From: Azolla caroliniana
Taxonomy: Eukaryota; Plantae; Polypodiophyta
NCBI GenBank assembly: GCA_043228905.1
Contig: JBHGNT010000002.1
Span: forward strand, 23,684,001 to 23,748,000
Length of the DNA stretch: 64,000 nt
Direction of reading: 5' to 3'
In this document: positions 13,189 to 27,449 of the stretch, in pieces
Numbering within the stretch: position 1 is the stretch's first letter
How the letters are laid out: every line of letters begins with the position of its first letter
Notes under the pieces: generated by a model
Seen by the model: only the letters and a program-made list of their open reading frames with translations
Told to the model about the DNA's origin: nothing
The model's database searches: none
Translations under genes and position numbers: made by a program

Positions 13189-15299
13189 AGTTTGAACCGA
13201 ATTGGTTCTCAATAATGTCATGTGCCTCTTTTTATAGTGTGCTTAGGAGTACTCGTGACATTTCTAAATTGCTCCAAAGAAATCTAGAATATACATGGAT
13301 TTCCTAAGTAATATAATAAATTAAAAGAATATTTTTTATGTTACAATGTATAGCTTATTTGTAGGGCTTCAACCCCTATGACACAATGTCATAGGTTCAA
13401 AACCTTTGAAGCCATACCATGCTATATCATGATAAGGAGAAAACCTAAAGAAAAGTATACAAATGTCGATTAGACACTAAAGAGCTTAGAAGCACTCAAA
13501 GTAAATAGTGTAAATTTGCAATGTGATGTCTTTAAGTTATAGAAAATCAAACAGAGATTGCTTGAGGGATTGCTTAAAGATGCTAACTTCATGTAGTTGG
13601 TTTTGATCGAAGTCCTTACGGGCCGTCTAAATGGTCCAAAGTGCCCAAAATCTTGTCCATTGGAGAAAATGGGCTTTGTTGGATAGGGCGCATGGAATAT
13701 GTCCAAATAGCCAAAAGTGCTTCCCAAACCTTCATCCATGAAATGTGGGAGAAAGCTCAATAATTGACTACTTCATGTATCTTGTATTTTTTCTTAACAC
13801 GCAATCCATATAAAGAAGCTCGAGTACAAAGTTATTGCTATAGCATTATGGGCAGTGGTACTAAATAAACCAATGGTATATGAACAAGAGGATGTTGTAG
13901 ATACTCTTGCTACGAGATATTGTCTGATGCAAAAAACATGTATACATCCAAATCAACAAACACAGATTGATCAACTTGAAATATGGCAATGAGTAAGTAA
14001 TATCACAATTTGGTATATTTGGAAGGTGAGATGTTTGAAGGTATTCCAAATTGTGACTGAATGACCTAGCTAAATAATTTATGGTATATTGGACAAGGAA
14101 GGTGCATAATCTCAGAGGTTCTTTGAATAACATAAAAAGTAATATGCAACAGGCAGAGCTACAATGATTGGAGTTTCATGCCATATGGGACAAAGGAATA
14201 TTTTATAGACGGCTTTCTGATAAGGTGGTGTGGTTCTACTCCACCGAAGTATTTATTTAAGTTGACAATTAAAACTTCATTACCTAAATGTACATATTTT
14301 ATGCATAGCCTTAGGGCATTTCTCAATACTGATGTATTATCTGTTCTGGAAGAAAAAAGTTATCAAAGCTATTGTAGTGCATCAAATCTCTTCGTGTGCA
14401 ACTTCAAAATGTATAGATCCTTTTCTAGTCCATCTTGAGGAAGTTTCTTGCGAATTTTCATTCAACCTCATTGCTAGCTTCCATGGTTTAATGGTTTTGG
14501 GTCTCCCTTAGTGAAACCTAAATCCTCAAATTGAGGGCCCTTCTATTTTGAAGTTCTGATTCATTTGATCATGCTCTAGTTTCAAGTTCTATCTTCAATT
14601 AATAGTATTTTGCCAAGTTCTATTAGATTCTTTATGTCAATCTCTATTTTGATTCTTGTTCATGATTCTTCATTTGTCCTATTTCATATTCACGTGATTG
14701 CTCATGATTTGATTCTTGGCCTCTTTGACCTCATTCTTAACCTATGTCTCAATATCATATTGCCTCTGTACTTGTTTTTAATGACACCGATGGGGCACAT
14801 TCATATGTTGAGTCCTCAATTCTCTATAGCTTTTACCACAACTTTGTTGGCCTTTCGTTGTCATCATAATTATGGGTACGTGAAGGCCGTGGAACCATGG
14901 GGGATTTGAACCAAGAGAGAAAGGTGACATGATGGCATGGTACACATAAATTGTTTGTTTTTATGTGCAAATGACTCTTTAGCAAGGTCGTGATTAGAAG
15001 TGTTTTAAAAAATGGTTGTCAGGCAACAAGCTAACAAAAAACCAATTGGATTCACAAATACGAACTTGTGTTTACAAGGATTAAAGTTCAAATCGTTGAA
15101 CGTATCCATAAAATAGATCCTAACAAAACTTTGTGATTTTTTATCTCACAACTACAAGAAATAAATTTGTTAATGTAAAACCCATGAAAAGGACTTCCAT
15201 TATAAACCTTGCTCGCAAGAGAGAGCTCAAGAAATCTATCATGAGACATATAAAATTAGATACAGTGGGGATGTGTTTGCCAAAAGGGAGTGGAGTAGG

Positions 15300-17525
15300 G
15301 CAAAATAACAAAAGAAAAATAGAATGAGAGGATCTCAACTTGATGTTTTTATTAATAGTTTAATAAAAGATAGAGAGCTCGAAGTTAAAATACCTTAGCC
15401 TTTTGTAGGCTATTGGCATTTTACCATTATGCAGTATGAAAGGACAAAGAGGGGTACACTCATTACAAAGTTTTCAAGTTAAATATTGGGACATTTAGAG
15501 CCTAACTAATCCAAAATTATGTGTTGTTGATTACAAACTATCTAGGTACCTAAGGATCTCCTAGTTACATAACACAACTCCATTGGCTATTTTTATAAAT
15601 GGATAACACCTAGCATGTTCATGAGAAAACTTATTTAAAGGTTGATCTACAAGTTCCTTAACATGCCATTATGTGCCTTATCCATATCTATGTTTTTCCT
15701 CATCCATTGATATTTTCTCACTTGTCTAAACTAGGCATGAAGATCAATCGACTTTGCATGACATGGTGATCGCTCAACTCTTGACTAATAAATATTGACT
15801 TCAACGCAAGTATCACTCGACTACCTATTACTCAATTATTAGCTTGAATAAATTGTTGGCAATCACTCTACTCTCCTGTCACATCTTTGTCATAAGTTAT
15901 TATATGAGCAAATTTTCTTGCCTCATTCTTCAATTGCCCTCTCTTTCATTGATTGCATTATTAGAGGTGACATCCCAATGGTAGTAACAAATTTCATTGG
16001 GGGTGGATCCACCGAAGCAATGATAGCCTAATGGCCACAACATCCCAAATTGTGGATCCACCACCAATGAAATAGTGGAAAACTTCAAATATATTGGGCT
16101 TTAGGTTCCTTCCAATCACAAATTGAATGAATAGGGTACCCATTGCTTAGTAGGAAAGAGTGTTTATTATGCATTTTAGAACATATAAAATGATGATGTT
16201 GGGTTCTGAATAAATAATACTTTCATATTTTGTGCTTCCCTTCAAGGGTGGATGCATGTGACCATTAACATCCATAAGTTTGCTTAAAAAGGGTTTGAAA
16301 AATGTCCAAAAGCACTTTCTCACAAAGTTTCTTAAAGTCAAGCTACAAATACCATACATGTGTTTGCCAAAAAATTTGAGTAGAGACAAGAACAAGTGTA
16401 CATGTATCTCGAGATGCATCGTTGAGGGTGCATCATGATATTCAAAAAGTTTTTTTTTTTTTACCTTAGACAATTTAGAGACAAAAACCTTTCTATTACG
16501 GTAGAGTGGGTCGTTAGCAATGTAAAAGGTTCCTTTTGAGGATGAAATGTTTATGGCATTTGTTCCGGATTCAACTCTAACCCAAAATGTTCTAAAATAA
16601 CTATCTTCAAGGTGCTTTCCTTGAAGTTGTTCATACAGACTAGATTTAATTTTAGTGAAGCTAAACATGAGCTTCATGTATATTATTTGATACATCAATG
16701 AGTGTGTTCGTGAATCCTTTACGATATTGTATAGAAAAGTCAAAGTCTTGAATGAGTTCTACCCATTTTGCCTTACGACTCGTGAGGTCTTGTTGGTCAC
16801 AAAAATATTTTTTAAGAGAAGTGAAGGAGCCTAGCAAACATGTTCTATAAGTGTTGTAAATGACTCATCTAGATGATCATTCTAAGGTATCAAAATTGTA
16901 GACTTACATGTTTAGCCTTTTAAAAGGTTCACGACGTTGTCAATTGGGAGTATTTACGAATAGATTGTTGCAAAAAACCCACAAAACCTAAAAATGAACA
17001 TAGCTCTCAAACGGTTTGAGGAATCAATCATAGTTTGACTTTCTCTATTCAAGAATGATCAATTTGCACACCTCATTCAACGATTAAATGTTCAAGATAA
17101 ACAATTGACTTATTGAAAAAAATTCACATTTTGCTAGCTTGGCATAAAAAATTTCGTCTCATAAAGTTTGACGAAAAAACATGTTTATCTTGTTCATCTA
17201 GTGTTTGGCTATAAATATGAATATCATCCAAGAATACAACAATGAATTGCTTGAGTTGATCTCGAAACATATCATTCATTTATTGTTCGAATGTGGTTGG
17301 GGCATAATTAGAAACTCGTAATGGCCATAACACATACGAAATGTTGTTTTTGGAATATCATTTTCGGCAATTCGAATATGGTGATGGCAAGTTCCCAAAT
17401 CAACCTTTGAAAAGTATTTATCTCCTTGTAGACGATCTATCAAATCATCTATTCGAGGCAAGGAATAATTATTTCAGATTGTGACTTTATTCAAACAATG
17501 ATAGTTAATACATAGTCACCAATTG
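15300..17525 (-). mobile_element. Decayed Ty3/gypsy pol (RT-RNaseH-integrase) remnant
   Basis: ORF 17276-17461, [21 protein letters not shown]...[17 protein letters not shown], is a canonical gypsy RT. Downstream fragments resemble the integrase zinc-finger region (EYHDAP) and carry many stops. The left boundary is approximate. Confidence 0.75.
16180..16390 (+). mobile_element. Short fragment of the non-L1 LINE family, inside the gypsy remnant
   Basis: gtttgaaaaatgtccaaaagcactttctcacaaagtttcttaaagtcaag matches the reverse complement of ~48095-48145 (FENVQKHFLTKFLQVK). Confidence 0.6.
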
Positions 17526-19189
17526 TTTTAAGTCCATATCACCTCCCATTCAAATCTTAGGCATGAAAATGGTTATTGAGTATATGCTTAAGGCTTAAAA
17601 AAATCTTCTGACATTAATTTCCTATAATAACATGAGAAACAAGTAGAAAAATTCAAGCAACATACAAAATCAAAAATTTGATGGATGCAATATATGAATA
17701 CATGGCTTGGAAATCTGGATGTATACTAACAATTATGTGCAAGATATCATTGGCAATTGCGTGCAATCTCAATTATGTGGCACTCATTCGTCTTTTAAGT
17801 TGTTGAACATTGAGAGTCATCATTCACTTTCACATGTATTATGTGTGGATTTCATATTTATTTGTCTCATAGGATATATTTAACCCCCGAAGACAATAAT
17901 AAAATCTATCTATCTATCAATGAAAATACAGAATTATATTATTTACATGTGAAAAACACTAGGATGTCACAATAACTAGTTTAATGTATCTAGTACATGG
18001 CTATTGGGACATGTTGAAACACGAATAGCCAATAAGAACATCCAATTGAGGAGAGAACAACAACATCTCTCTTACTCTCAAAGTGGATATTGGGATGTGT
18101 TGAAACTCCAATAGGTAATGGGAAAACCCCATTGAGGATAGAATTTCGACATCTCCCTTTCTCTCAAAGTGGAGGATAGATGAAGAAATTATTTGGAAGT
18201 TGGGATTCATTAGTAATTACACTTGCTTCATATGTGTTGTCTCAATAGTTTCTGGGTAATGTGTGCATTGAAACGAAACCATTGGAGTTCGGAACTAAGA
18301 GTCATGTTAACTTGAATGAATAATCACTTGAGGTTTGTGTGACAACAATGTTGTTAAGAAACTAAATGTCAAAGTGGGAACATAAAAAATAAATTAAATA
18401 AATACCCAAAAGCACATGAGAAATGATAACGCTTGGGTTTGTTTGCCCGGAATATAATTAGGAGATGAAGGAACATGCTAGGGGAAAGCAAGTATATTGT
18501 CATGATGTGACGAGTGCGAAGGGAGAGAAACACAAAAAGGTAAAGTGTACAAAGGCTTTGGATTTTGGTCAAAGTAGTCAATAGTGAAAAAAAGAACCAA
18601 AAGAAAATTAAGTTGACAATTATTGGTAATAAAGGGGTAAATGGTTCAAAACTTCTTAAAGATGATCGACAGAAAAATATGAGCCACAATGAATCAAGTG
18701 ACGACAAGGAAGCATGCACTAAATGTGAATTGTCAACGTACATTTTGCCAAAAGACAATTAATTACCCATGCAAGGATAAGCACAAGTGCATGCTCAAAG
18801 AAAAAAGTAGTGATGCATGCTAAAAGGAGAAGAAACTATTTCTATTCAACAAACAATTCATTCACAAAAATAAATAAAATTTTTGGAACTTCATATGTTC
18901 TACACTATTGGTTTCCTACTCCCTAATAACCCGTCTTAAAATCTCTCTCTCTCTCTTTGAGGTTGTCCCTAATTCTTTCATGGTTTAGCAAGATGTTCAA
19001 AGTATTGGATCAAGCTTTTCTTATATTGGTTTTGGACTTGTGCACAAGCCAATGCTTTGTTGAGCACCTTTGTCTCCTTTCAAGTCTGAGAATTGTATGG
19101 ATTGTGAATCGGACGGTTGGTTAATGTAGTGAAGTAGAATAGAGGATGAACGATGGAGTAGCAAAAGAAGTCAAGCAGTCAATACCCTA

Positions 19190-19550
19190 ACCATATAGTA
19201 AGACAAGGAACTGATAAGCAGAAACTTGTCGGACATAGAGATGCCCATATACAATTGCCTAGAAAGCATACCCATGACAAAAGAGATAGATATGGGTATA
19301 TAGAAAGAAAGCACACAAGAATTGATAAGTGGAAGTTTGTCAGACATGTATAGAAGAGATGCATGGATACGAGTGCGTACAAAGCGTACCTACGACAAAA
19401 GAGATAGATGGGTATATAGAAAGAAAGAAGCACATGAGAATCTATAAGTGAAAGTCAATCGGGCATGTGTAGAAGAGATGGCCGGATACGCGTGGCAAAA
19501 AAGTGTGCCCAAGACAAAAGAGATAGATATGGGTATATAGAAAGAAGCAT
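19190..19550. repeat. ~117-bp tandem repeat (3 copies; a fourth partial copy resumes at 20100)
   Basis: gacaaaagaga...gggtatatagaaaga at ~19276, 19394, 19513 and 20100. Confidence 0.8.
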
Positions 19551-19585
19551 TTGCCCATACCCAAGGCAAACATCAACAAAACTTG

Positions 19586-20099
19586 TAGCAATCGGCAATG
19601 GTTCAGTTCAGTTTAGTTTGAGGGTGTCTAACTCGAACAATTAAAAAAATTGAAATTTAAAGCGAAGTGGACCGAACCACAAAACCAAATTTACCAAAAC
19701 TGTTCCAACTGAACCGTTAAATAAAATCCAAACTCAAACCCAAACTAGTTTAGAGATTTTCAAACCGTTAAAACCACAATTTCGCGGTCCCATTTCAGTT
19801 TTCAAGTTAGGTCAAATTTCAAAATTTTAAATCTTTCAATATCTTGAAATTTAATTTCTTCCTTGAAATGTCAGAATTACGCTTAAATGAAAAGGTTGTT
19901 CAGAAAAATATTTAAGAAAAAATAATCAAGAGACAACCATAAACCATTTGAAGCATTTCAACCACGGTTTCAAGCTGTTTGAACTGAACCAAACTGAATT
20001 GTTGAACCTCCCCCAAACCAAACCGAATCGTTAAAAAAAAACCTGAACCTAAATGGTTCGATTCAAACCGAATGGTTTAAACCGTTAAGCCGATTCCTA
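19586..20099. mobile_element. Non-autonomous hAT-like MITE ~480 bp upstream of the LSMT start
   Basis: Imperfect TIRs tagcaatcggc..aatggtt / aaccgttaagccgattccta, with many subterminal aaccg/gaacc motifs. No clean 8-bp TSD. Confidence 0.6.
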
Positions 20100-20577
20100 G
20101 ACAAAAGAGTGATGGATGGGTATGTATATATGTGTATGTACAGAAAGAAGATGCAATGAGGAGTCAAGACGCCCATAAGACCAAAGCCAGGACAAAACCA
20201 CCCATAATAAGACCACACCCAAAGTCATAGTACGTAATATACTCGAATGCATTGGCAAACATTCTTTTTTCCCATACGAATGAAAAACGAACGCGCATGT
20301 TATAAAAAATATTCTTATGTTTTTATTTATTTATTTACAATTATTTACCTTAACTTTCTTAGTACCTTAAATAAAATGATTTCTTATAATAAAGAATGAA
20401 TACAAAAAGTATGGTATTGAGTGTTGACCATACTTCGAGAGGGTGTTTAACATACGCGAATGATAGAAAGAAGGGTAGAGAATGCGAATGCACGAATGAT
20501 TCGGACTATGCAGGCCAAGTAGTAAAAGGATGAGCCAAGAATGAAGAAATGGGCAGAAGAAGAAACAAAGAAACACA

Positions 20578-23500
20578 ATGAACACCATCATCCCTTCTTC
20601 CTTCTCTTCCTCTTCCTCTTCCTCCCTCTTCTTCTTCAACAGTGGCAGCTATGGCAGGATTCGAACTCGACCCATTCCCCCTGCACTCTCATCGACGCAT
20701 CAAACCCTCTCTTCTCCCCTCACAGACACCTCGCAGATACAGCAAAAGCTTGAATCTTTCCACTCATGGCTCTATGACAAAGGCGTCTTGTCTGAGAAAA
20801 ATAGCATTGTTAAACCTAAGATTTGTGATGTTCCTTCTTCCCCTCAGAGACTAGGTCTTTTTGCTCACAAAAGATCTATTTCCGAAGGTGAAGAAACTCT
20901 CAGTGTCCCTCAAGAGCTATGGATGAGTGTCGCTGTTTCTCATTCTTCCCTAGAAATTGGTTCTTTTTGTCGCAATTGCCGGCCGTGGGTTGCTCTTGCA
21001 CTTTTCCTTCTCTTTGAGAAGAATAAAAAGAGCTCGTCGGTTTGGTGTGCTTATATAGACATTCTTCCGCCCACACTTGATTCACCCCTTTTCTGGTATA
21101 TTTAATTCTGTTATGGATGAATACATATTTTTTGTTGTTTCAATCTTTGTTGAAGTATTATAGTTTGAATCCATCTTTGCTTGAATCGGTGTTTGTCATG
21201 ATTTATGGTTGAATCAATGTTTTCTTCTCATGTTTTAGATTTAATCAATCCTTATTTGGAATCCCATGTTTCTTACCATGTTGTAGATTGAAACAAACCT
21301 TGTTTTAATGAATTCCATATTTTTGCATCCAACTTTGGCACAATGTTATGGTTGAATGAATGATTCTTATCATGTTATGGTTGAATCAATCTTTGGTTAT
21401 CATCCTATGATAGCATCAATGTTTGTTACGATGTTATGGCTGAAAATAGCTATCTTTTCTGTAGGATATCAATGGAAACTCATGATTCATAGGATTTAAT
21501 GTGAAAATGGTTGGAATATCATCTTAAGGACTAGTTTATGGGGGAATCTACTTGTCTACCTAATAATATCATTCAAAGTTTGCATTGAGATGCCATATAT
21601 GTGAAATATCTTCCGAATTCACTGATATGTTTTCCAGAAAGGAATTCACAATGTCTTTTTTTCTCTCCATGGCAGGTCTGAAGAAGAATTGATGGAGATT
21701 GAAGGTATGTTTTTTGATCTTCTAATGGCTAGTTTCTTTATAACTAGTTGACAAATTTCAACTTATCAAATTATCTGATGCCGATAATCAATGCTCGTTA
21801 AATAGGTACCCAAATAATTGGATCAATTTTAGGTTATCGGCAACATGTAGAAAGTGAGTACAGGAAACTCCTTGAAGAGACGATACTTCCGAATCCGGGG
21901 CTTTTTGATGAATCGGTTTTCACACTTGAGGCCTTCTTGTGGGCATTTGGTATTCTACGATCTCGAACTTTTCCTCCTCTAACCGGAGATGACTTAGCTT
22001 TGGTTCCTTTAGCAGATCTCGTAAAGATTCCAATCTCAAATCCCTGGTGTTGAGTGGTTTCGTGATATTTTTTAAGTAGGAATTTCTTATTATAAATGTA
22101 CTCTCCTAATAAATTTAGGAATGTTATGGAGAAGTATGAAATTTCTGGTAAAATTTATTATTAATTTGATATAATATGCATTATAAAAAATAAAAATAAA
22201 CATTTGACGATATTAAGAAGAATCAAGCTTTAGAAAGGTTCACTGCATGTTTAAAATGTATTTCCTACCTTTTTTTTGGGCCACTCTAATTTTTATGTTT
22301 ACTTAATTTGTGAAGGTGAATCATGGAATGGTTGTTAACATGGAAGGGCCGAGTTGGGAAAAGAAAAGTTCTGGTTTCTTCCCTCGACGGGAATATTTAT
22401 CGTTGCGTGCACCAAAAGCTATCAAAGAAGGAGAGCAGGTGCTCAAAACATTCGAAGTTCTATGCAATCAGATGAATGAATTTACATGGTTTTGAGTTTT
22501 ATGTATGTACATATGTACGTATGTGAAGGAGAGCATATTGTTCTGAGTTTCTTGGGAAACTCTCTATCTTCTTCATCATATGTAATATATATGATTGCAT
22601 GTTGTAGATTTTGGAAGCTTGCATTGTTCTATCAGCAGAGAAACATGAAATACCTCTGAGTTTCTCTTTATTACCCCAAATGCACCTAAGTGTTCATTAC
22701 TTCCCCATCATGCCCTTTGTCAACACCCTCTCGAGCAATTATATACTATTTGAGCAACTATTATGTGGTCAATTAATCCCCTTTTTCTCAAATATGTGTT
22801 GTCTGATTCAAATCCCCATTTTTCTCTCTTTCAGAGGTTGACAAGGGACAGTTGAGGGAAAAAGAAATCAGGGGTGTTTTGTGGTTTTCCCCATCTATGT
22901 CATTAAATCTGTTTATATTCAATATATGGGCATATGATTTTTACTTTGTATACATGAAATTGCTTATAGACCTTTCCAAAATAATTGTCCAGAAACAGAT
23001 CAGAAACAGATTATATTTATGCATTCACAGTCTTAAGTATAGAATGTGTATGCAGTTGGTAATGCAGTATGGAAAAAACAAGAGCAATGGGCAACTAGCC
23101 TTGGATTATGGATTTGTTGAGTGCAGCTCAATGAAAAGTGCTGTTAGAGATAGTTTCATGCTAACTTTGGAAATACCTGAGTCCGATCGCTTTTATGGAG
23201 ATAAGCTGGATATTGCTGAACTGAATGGGCTTGATACTACAGTTTATTTTGACCTAATCTATGGGGAAGGATTACCAGAAAATATGCTTCCATATCTCAG
23301 GTTGATTGCGCTTAATGGACCTGATGCCTTTCTACTTGAGGCACTATTCCGAAATTCGGTGTGGGATCATCTTCAATTACCTATAAGCCAGGAGAATGAA
23401 GAAGCAGTATGCAATATGATATTAGAGGGCTGCAATTCTGCCTTATCTGGGTATCCTACCTCGATCAATGAGGTTATAATTTCCTTATCATTTGAAAATC

Positions 23501-25035
23501 TTGTTTTTTAGAAATGTATCTATATATATGTACACGTCTATGTGCATATATACGCACATACATAGATATATATACATATACGTACATACATACCTACACA
23601 CAAATATACATATATGTATTATATGTTAGTGTATGAACGCATATGTGTGCAAGTGTGTCTTTATTTATGTGCGCCATTAGCCTTATATTTTATGTGGATG
23701 TGTACATATGTATATAATGTGTAGGGATGTATACCTGTGCACCGACAGTCCTATTTTTCAAATGCACTATAGTCAACCTATTTCAGACACATCGTACATT
23801 TAGGTTTTCCCTCGATCAATATGCACATCATACAATGCCTCTAAAGATAGTCCTCTTCTGATGTATATTTCTTCAAAATTTTCTGTTCAGAATGCCCTAT
23901 ATAATTACCTGTTGATAATTTCTTCATGATCATGTTCAATTGTTTCACCTTGCGTTGAGGTTTTATAATAATTAATATAATGTATTACAAAAACAGAAAA
24001 GTGCATGTGTCTGTGTGTACATATAAATTTCCCTTTCCATCTATTATGTTTCAGGATTTGCGCTTATTAGAAAGTGGTAATCTGGATACTCGGACCGAAA
24101 TGGCTGTTTCTATCAGGCTTGGAGAGAAAAGAGCTTTAGGGGAGCTGCAATTGATTTTTGAAAATCAGAAAGCAAAACTAACCCAGCTTGAATATTATGC
24201 CACAAGGAGGTTGCGCACTTTGGGCCTGCTTGATGACAAAGGCGATATGACCCCTTGGGTAAGTATATGCTTACAGCATTCCATGTTATGTATTAAACTT
24301 GTTAGCTTTTCATTTGTTCTCCAAATAATCCTATTGGGAGAACCATAACAAAGTCATGATGATCATACCATGCATTTATTAGAAAATTATTGGATTTTTT
24401 TATATAACTAGAATGTAGGAGTTTTCTACTGGTCTTTGCTACTTTTAGGCAAAGATATTTCAGAGTAGAATCATGTGAGTGTTATTTTTCGCCTCTTGAA
24501 ACCACGTGTCCCAAATAACTGAATTGTAGATAACCATCCTTCCATACAGTGCTCTATACCAAATTCACGATCTAAAAATGCCAACATCTAAGCAAACCAT
24601 GACTGAGTTTGGGGAAAATACAATAATGAACATTTATTGCTAGATTGCTATTTTTTGTGGACTTTCAGAAACTTTATGATTATTTTTTACTAGTAATGTT
24701 CACTAAACATAAGCTAAAAGTTTGTGGAATTTGGAGATGGTAGCCAAATGTTCTTTCTGTGATTTAAGAGTTTCATAACCTACTACTATATTCACCCTAT
24801 CATACATTGTGCTGAGGGAATGTTCCAAAAAGTTATTAGCCTATGTAATGAAACTATCCATACCACAAATTCCTCAAACATGTCTGAGCATTTCTCTCAA
24901 ACATTTGCCATGAAATCTCTTTGGTTTCTTGTCGAAATTTTCTAGGACCTTACCTTATTTTTGTAATACAAGGGATGAAATGATTTAATTATCTAATTGT
25001 GGATTTAATCTTGTTAACAGGTATTTGAGGGCTAA
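20578..25035 (+). CDS. LSMT: Plastid SET-domain lysine N-methyltransferase (Rubisco LSMT / FBA-lysine methyltransferase family); 7 exons, ~506 aa
   Basis: Exons: 20578-21095, 21676-21704, 21806-22020, 22316-22438, 23056-23472, 24055-24258, 25021-25035. All GT-AG and in phase; total 1521 nt. Ser-rich transit peptide, SET motifs (WAFGILRSRTF, LVPLADLVNH, QYGKNKSNGQLALDYGF) and the Rubisco-LSMT substrate-binding domain (LPYLRL...DAFLLEALFRN). Confidence 0.93.
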
Positions 25036-25037
25036 AT

Positions 25038-25158
25038 GGAAAAATACATGTGAGAAATGTACATTGAGAAGATATTGGTTGAAACTACATTTGTTGGAAA
25101 AATACGTGAGAGAAATGTACATTGAGAAGAGATTGGTTGAAACTACATTTTGTTGGAA
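25038..25158. repeat. ~58-60-bp tandem duplication in the LSMT 3' UTR
   Basis: ggaaaaatac.tg.gagaaatgtacattgagaaga.attggttgaaactacattt occurs twice. Confidence 0.85.
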
Positions 25159-27449
25159 TTCCTTCTTGTAGCATAGTATTAAGTGGCAAATAATAAATAT
25201 TACTTCTCTTAAATTAGAAAAAGCCTATGATTGTATTGTATTTGTAGAGATACGTGGGGCTTATGATTGGTTCATGCGTGATTTTCTAACTCTTTTAGAT
25301 GCCCTATATTGTTCATTTCATTTATATCATGATTTCCTGGACATATTTTATCATAACTACTTTGTGAAACATAGCTCACAACCCCAATGCTTTACATACA
25401 AGCGCGAAAATGAGCTCATGCTTAGTTCAACTACGAAATACTGAAAGTTGAGTAACAAAAAGATCACACAAAGTGTAGAGGCAGCTCATGAACTGGAAAT
25501 AACGCATGAATATAAAAAAGCAATCTAATAGAAAAATCCTGGTGATAACATTGAACACAAGGCATACCAGCTACTCGCATTTTTGGGAAGGGAAATTTTC
25601 CTACGTGCTCTTGTCATCACTTGTTTAGACTACTACGATGTGGGAGCATCCACCTATCCATTAGATTGCCACATTTATATAACTTGGAGGCAATAAAAGA
25701 ACAATTCAGGATATAAATGAAATCAAAAGGCTTAGTCACTTGCAACTTAATGAAGAAGTGTCAATTTCATTACAGAGTTCTTGTAGTTGCTTCAAGCTTG
25801 GCAAAGTGCATAGAATAAAATATGTAGGATTTGCAAATTCATCTTGGTCAATAATTACTTGAAGTGGCCAATTGTACTTAGAAATTGTCAACCAAAATCG
25901 TCTAGCATATTGACAAGAATTGGCCACCTATGCAATTAACTCTTTGAAGAAGCCCACACCAAAGCCACAATGAAGGATAATACCCTTGTCCCACCACTAG
26001 ACGATAATAGATCCAAATGACAATGATGGCAATGTTAACAAGGATAGGACATATCACCTCTAACTCCAACTACATTAATCCCCAATACCCCCCCCCCCCC
26101 CCCCCCCATCATCAAGCTAGTAATCACCACATGATCCACAAGAGGAAGTTTGACTTGACATTGACACGCAACTAGAAGATTTTGTTTGTGCCCGCATCTT
26201 CTAATTGTTACCTTGTTTCCCATTGTACTCAACACCTCCCTTTGTGATATCAATTGGATGGTGGGACAACCCATGGTGAACCCTACACCATAGAGGTATT
26301 TCTCTTGGTCTTCAAACATCTAATGAATACGTCTACTTGTTCTAAGATTTACAGAGAAACAAGTGTTTGTTTATGTGCACTACAATGTGACATAGAAGCT
26401 ACATGTTAGATGCATGCCCACTTGATGTGAGATTGTGAAATGGAAGTTGCATGTTAGTTGCTCTCCATTGATTTTTCTCTAGTATATGAACAAGTGTTGC
26501 TTTTGGTGGCATACGTAGTTTGCCCCAATGGTGAAATGAGATTGGCTAATGAGTAGCATCCCAACTTTTGTTAGGTGCTTAGGGGTTGCAATCAACTAAC
26601 TCTCATTACATTTTGATGGATTCCAAAATGTTTGAGGCTTCAAGTACCTGATGAAGTAGTTCCTTTAGTTCCAATAGGAATTAATCAATGGTTGGGAAGG
26701 GCCACCTTGAGATTTGCAAATTCGACAGATCTCATTTTGCCTTGTGAAAGAATCAAATAAGAGATGTAAAGATTCAAAAGGTAGTTAAGGCCATTGAGTG
26801 GCAATGCCAAGAGACCTAAAGGCACAACCAATAATGATTAGGAAGAGTTCGATTTCTTGGCAATGTCTACTGTAAAATTCACCTAACAAACAACGTATAT
26901 TTCATGGTCTTGGGTTGTGACTCGATTGGAAATTTATGGACAAAATTATATAGTACATATTAGAAGGAGACCACATCAAATAAGTCTATTGGATAAGGAA
27001 ACTCTATGATCTTCGCATGAAGGCCAACAATAGTGCCACTTCCCATTAAAATGAAGAAATTTAAATAAAGGAATGATAATATTTCCATTAATCAACCCAT
27101 ACTACATTGAAGTTGAGCCTAAAGATGGGAAACTCATGTACTCACAGACTTCATTCAGGTTGAGAGAGAGGCTTGGCATATGATCAACGGAGATTAGAAT
27201 GTCATGCATTTAACTCCTATATTTTACAATGGAATTTAGTAAATTTTAAAAGAATATGTATGGTGTGAACGTTAGTGCCTTGAATGTGAGGCATCGTGTT
27301 AATGGTAGTCTAATAATTGATAGTTCGTCTTGCTCTACCATCTGGGAAATAGAAAGCAAGAGACAGAGAGAGAGAGATGGCATCATGTGAGGAAATAATT
27401 TGACTTGCTCTACCATTTGGGAAACAATTGAAAGCTCAAGCATTGGGAG

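Noticed and set aside
17900-18800. Possible Helitron/CACTA coding remnant
   Set aside because: Looks like decayed coding DNA, but I could not identify any diagnostic motif or terminus.
26087-26107. Poly-C run (G-quadruplex candidate)
   Set aside because: Isolated homopolymer in decayed repeat DNA; its length is unreliable and there is no functional context.
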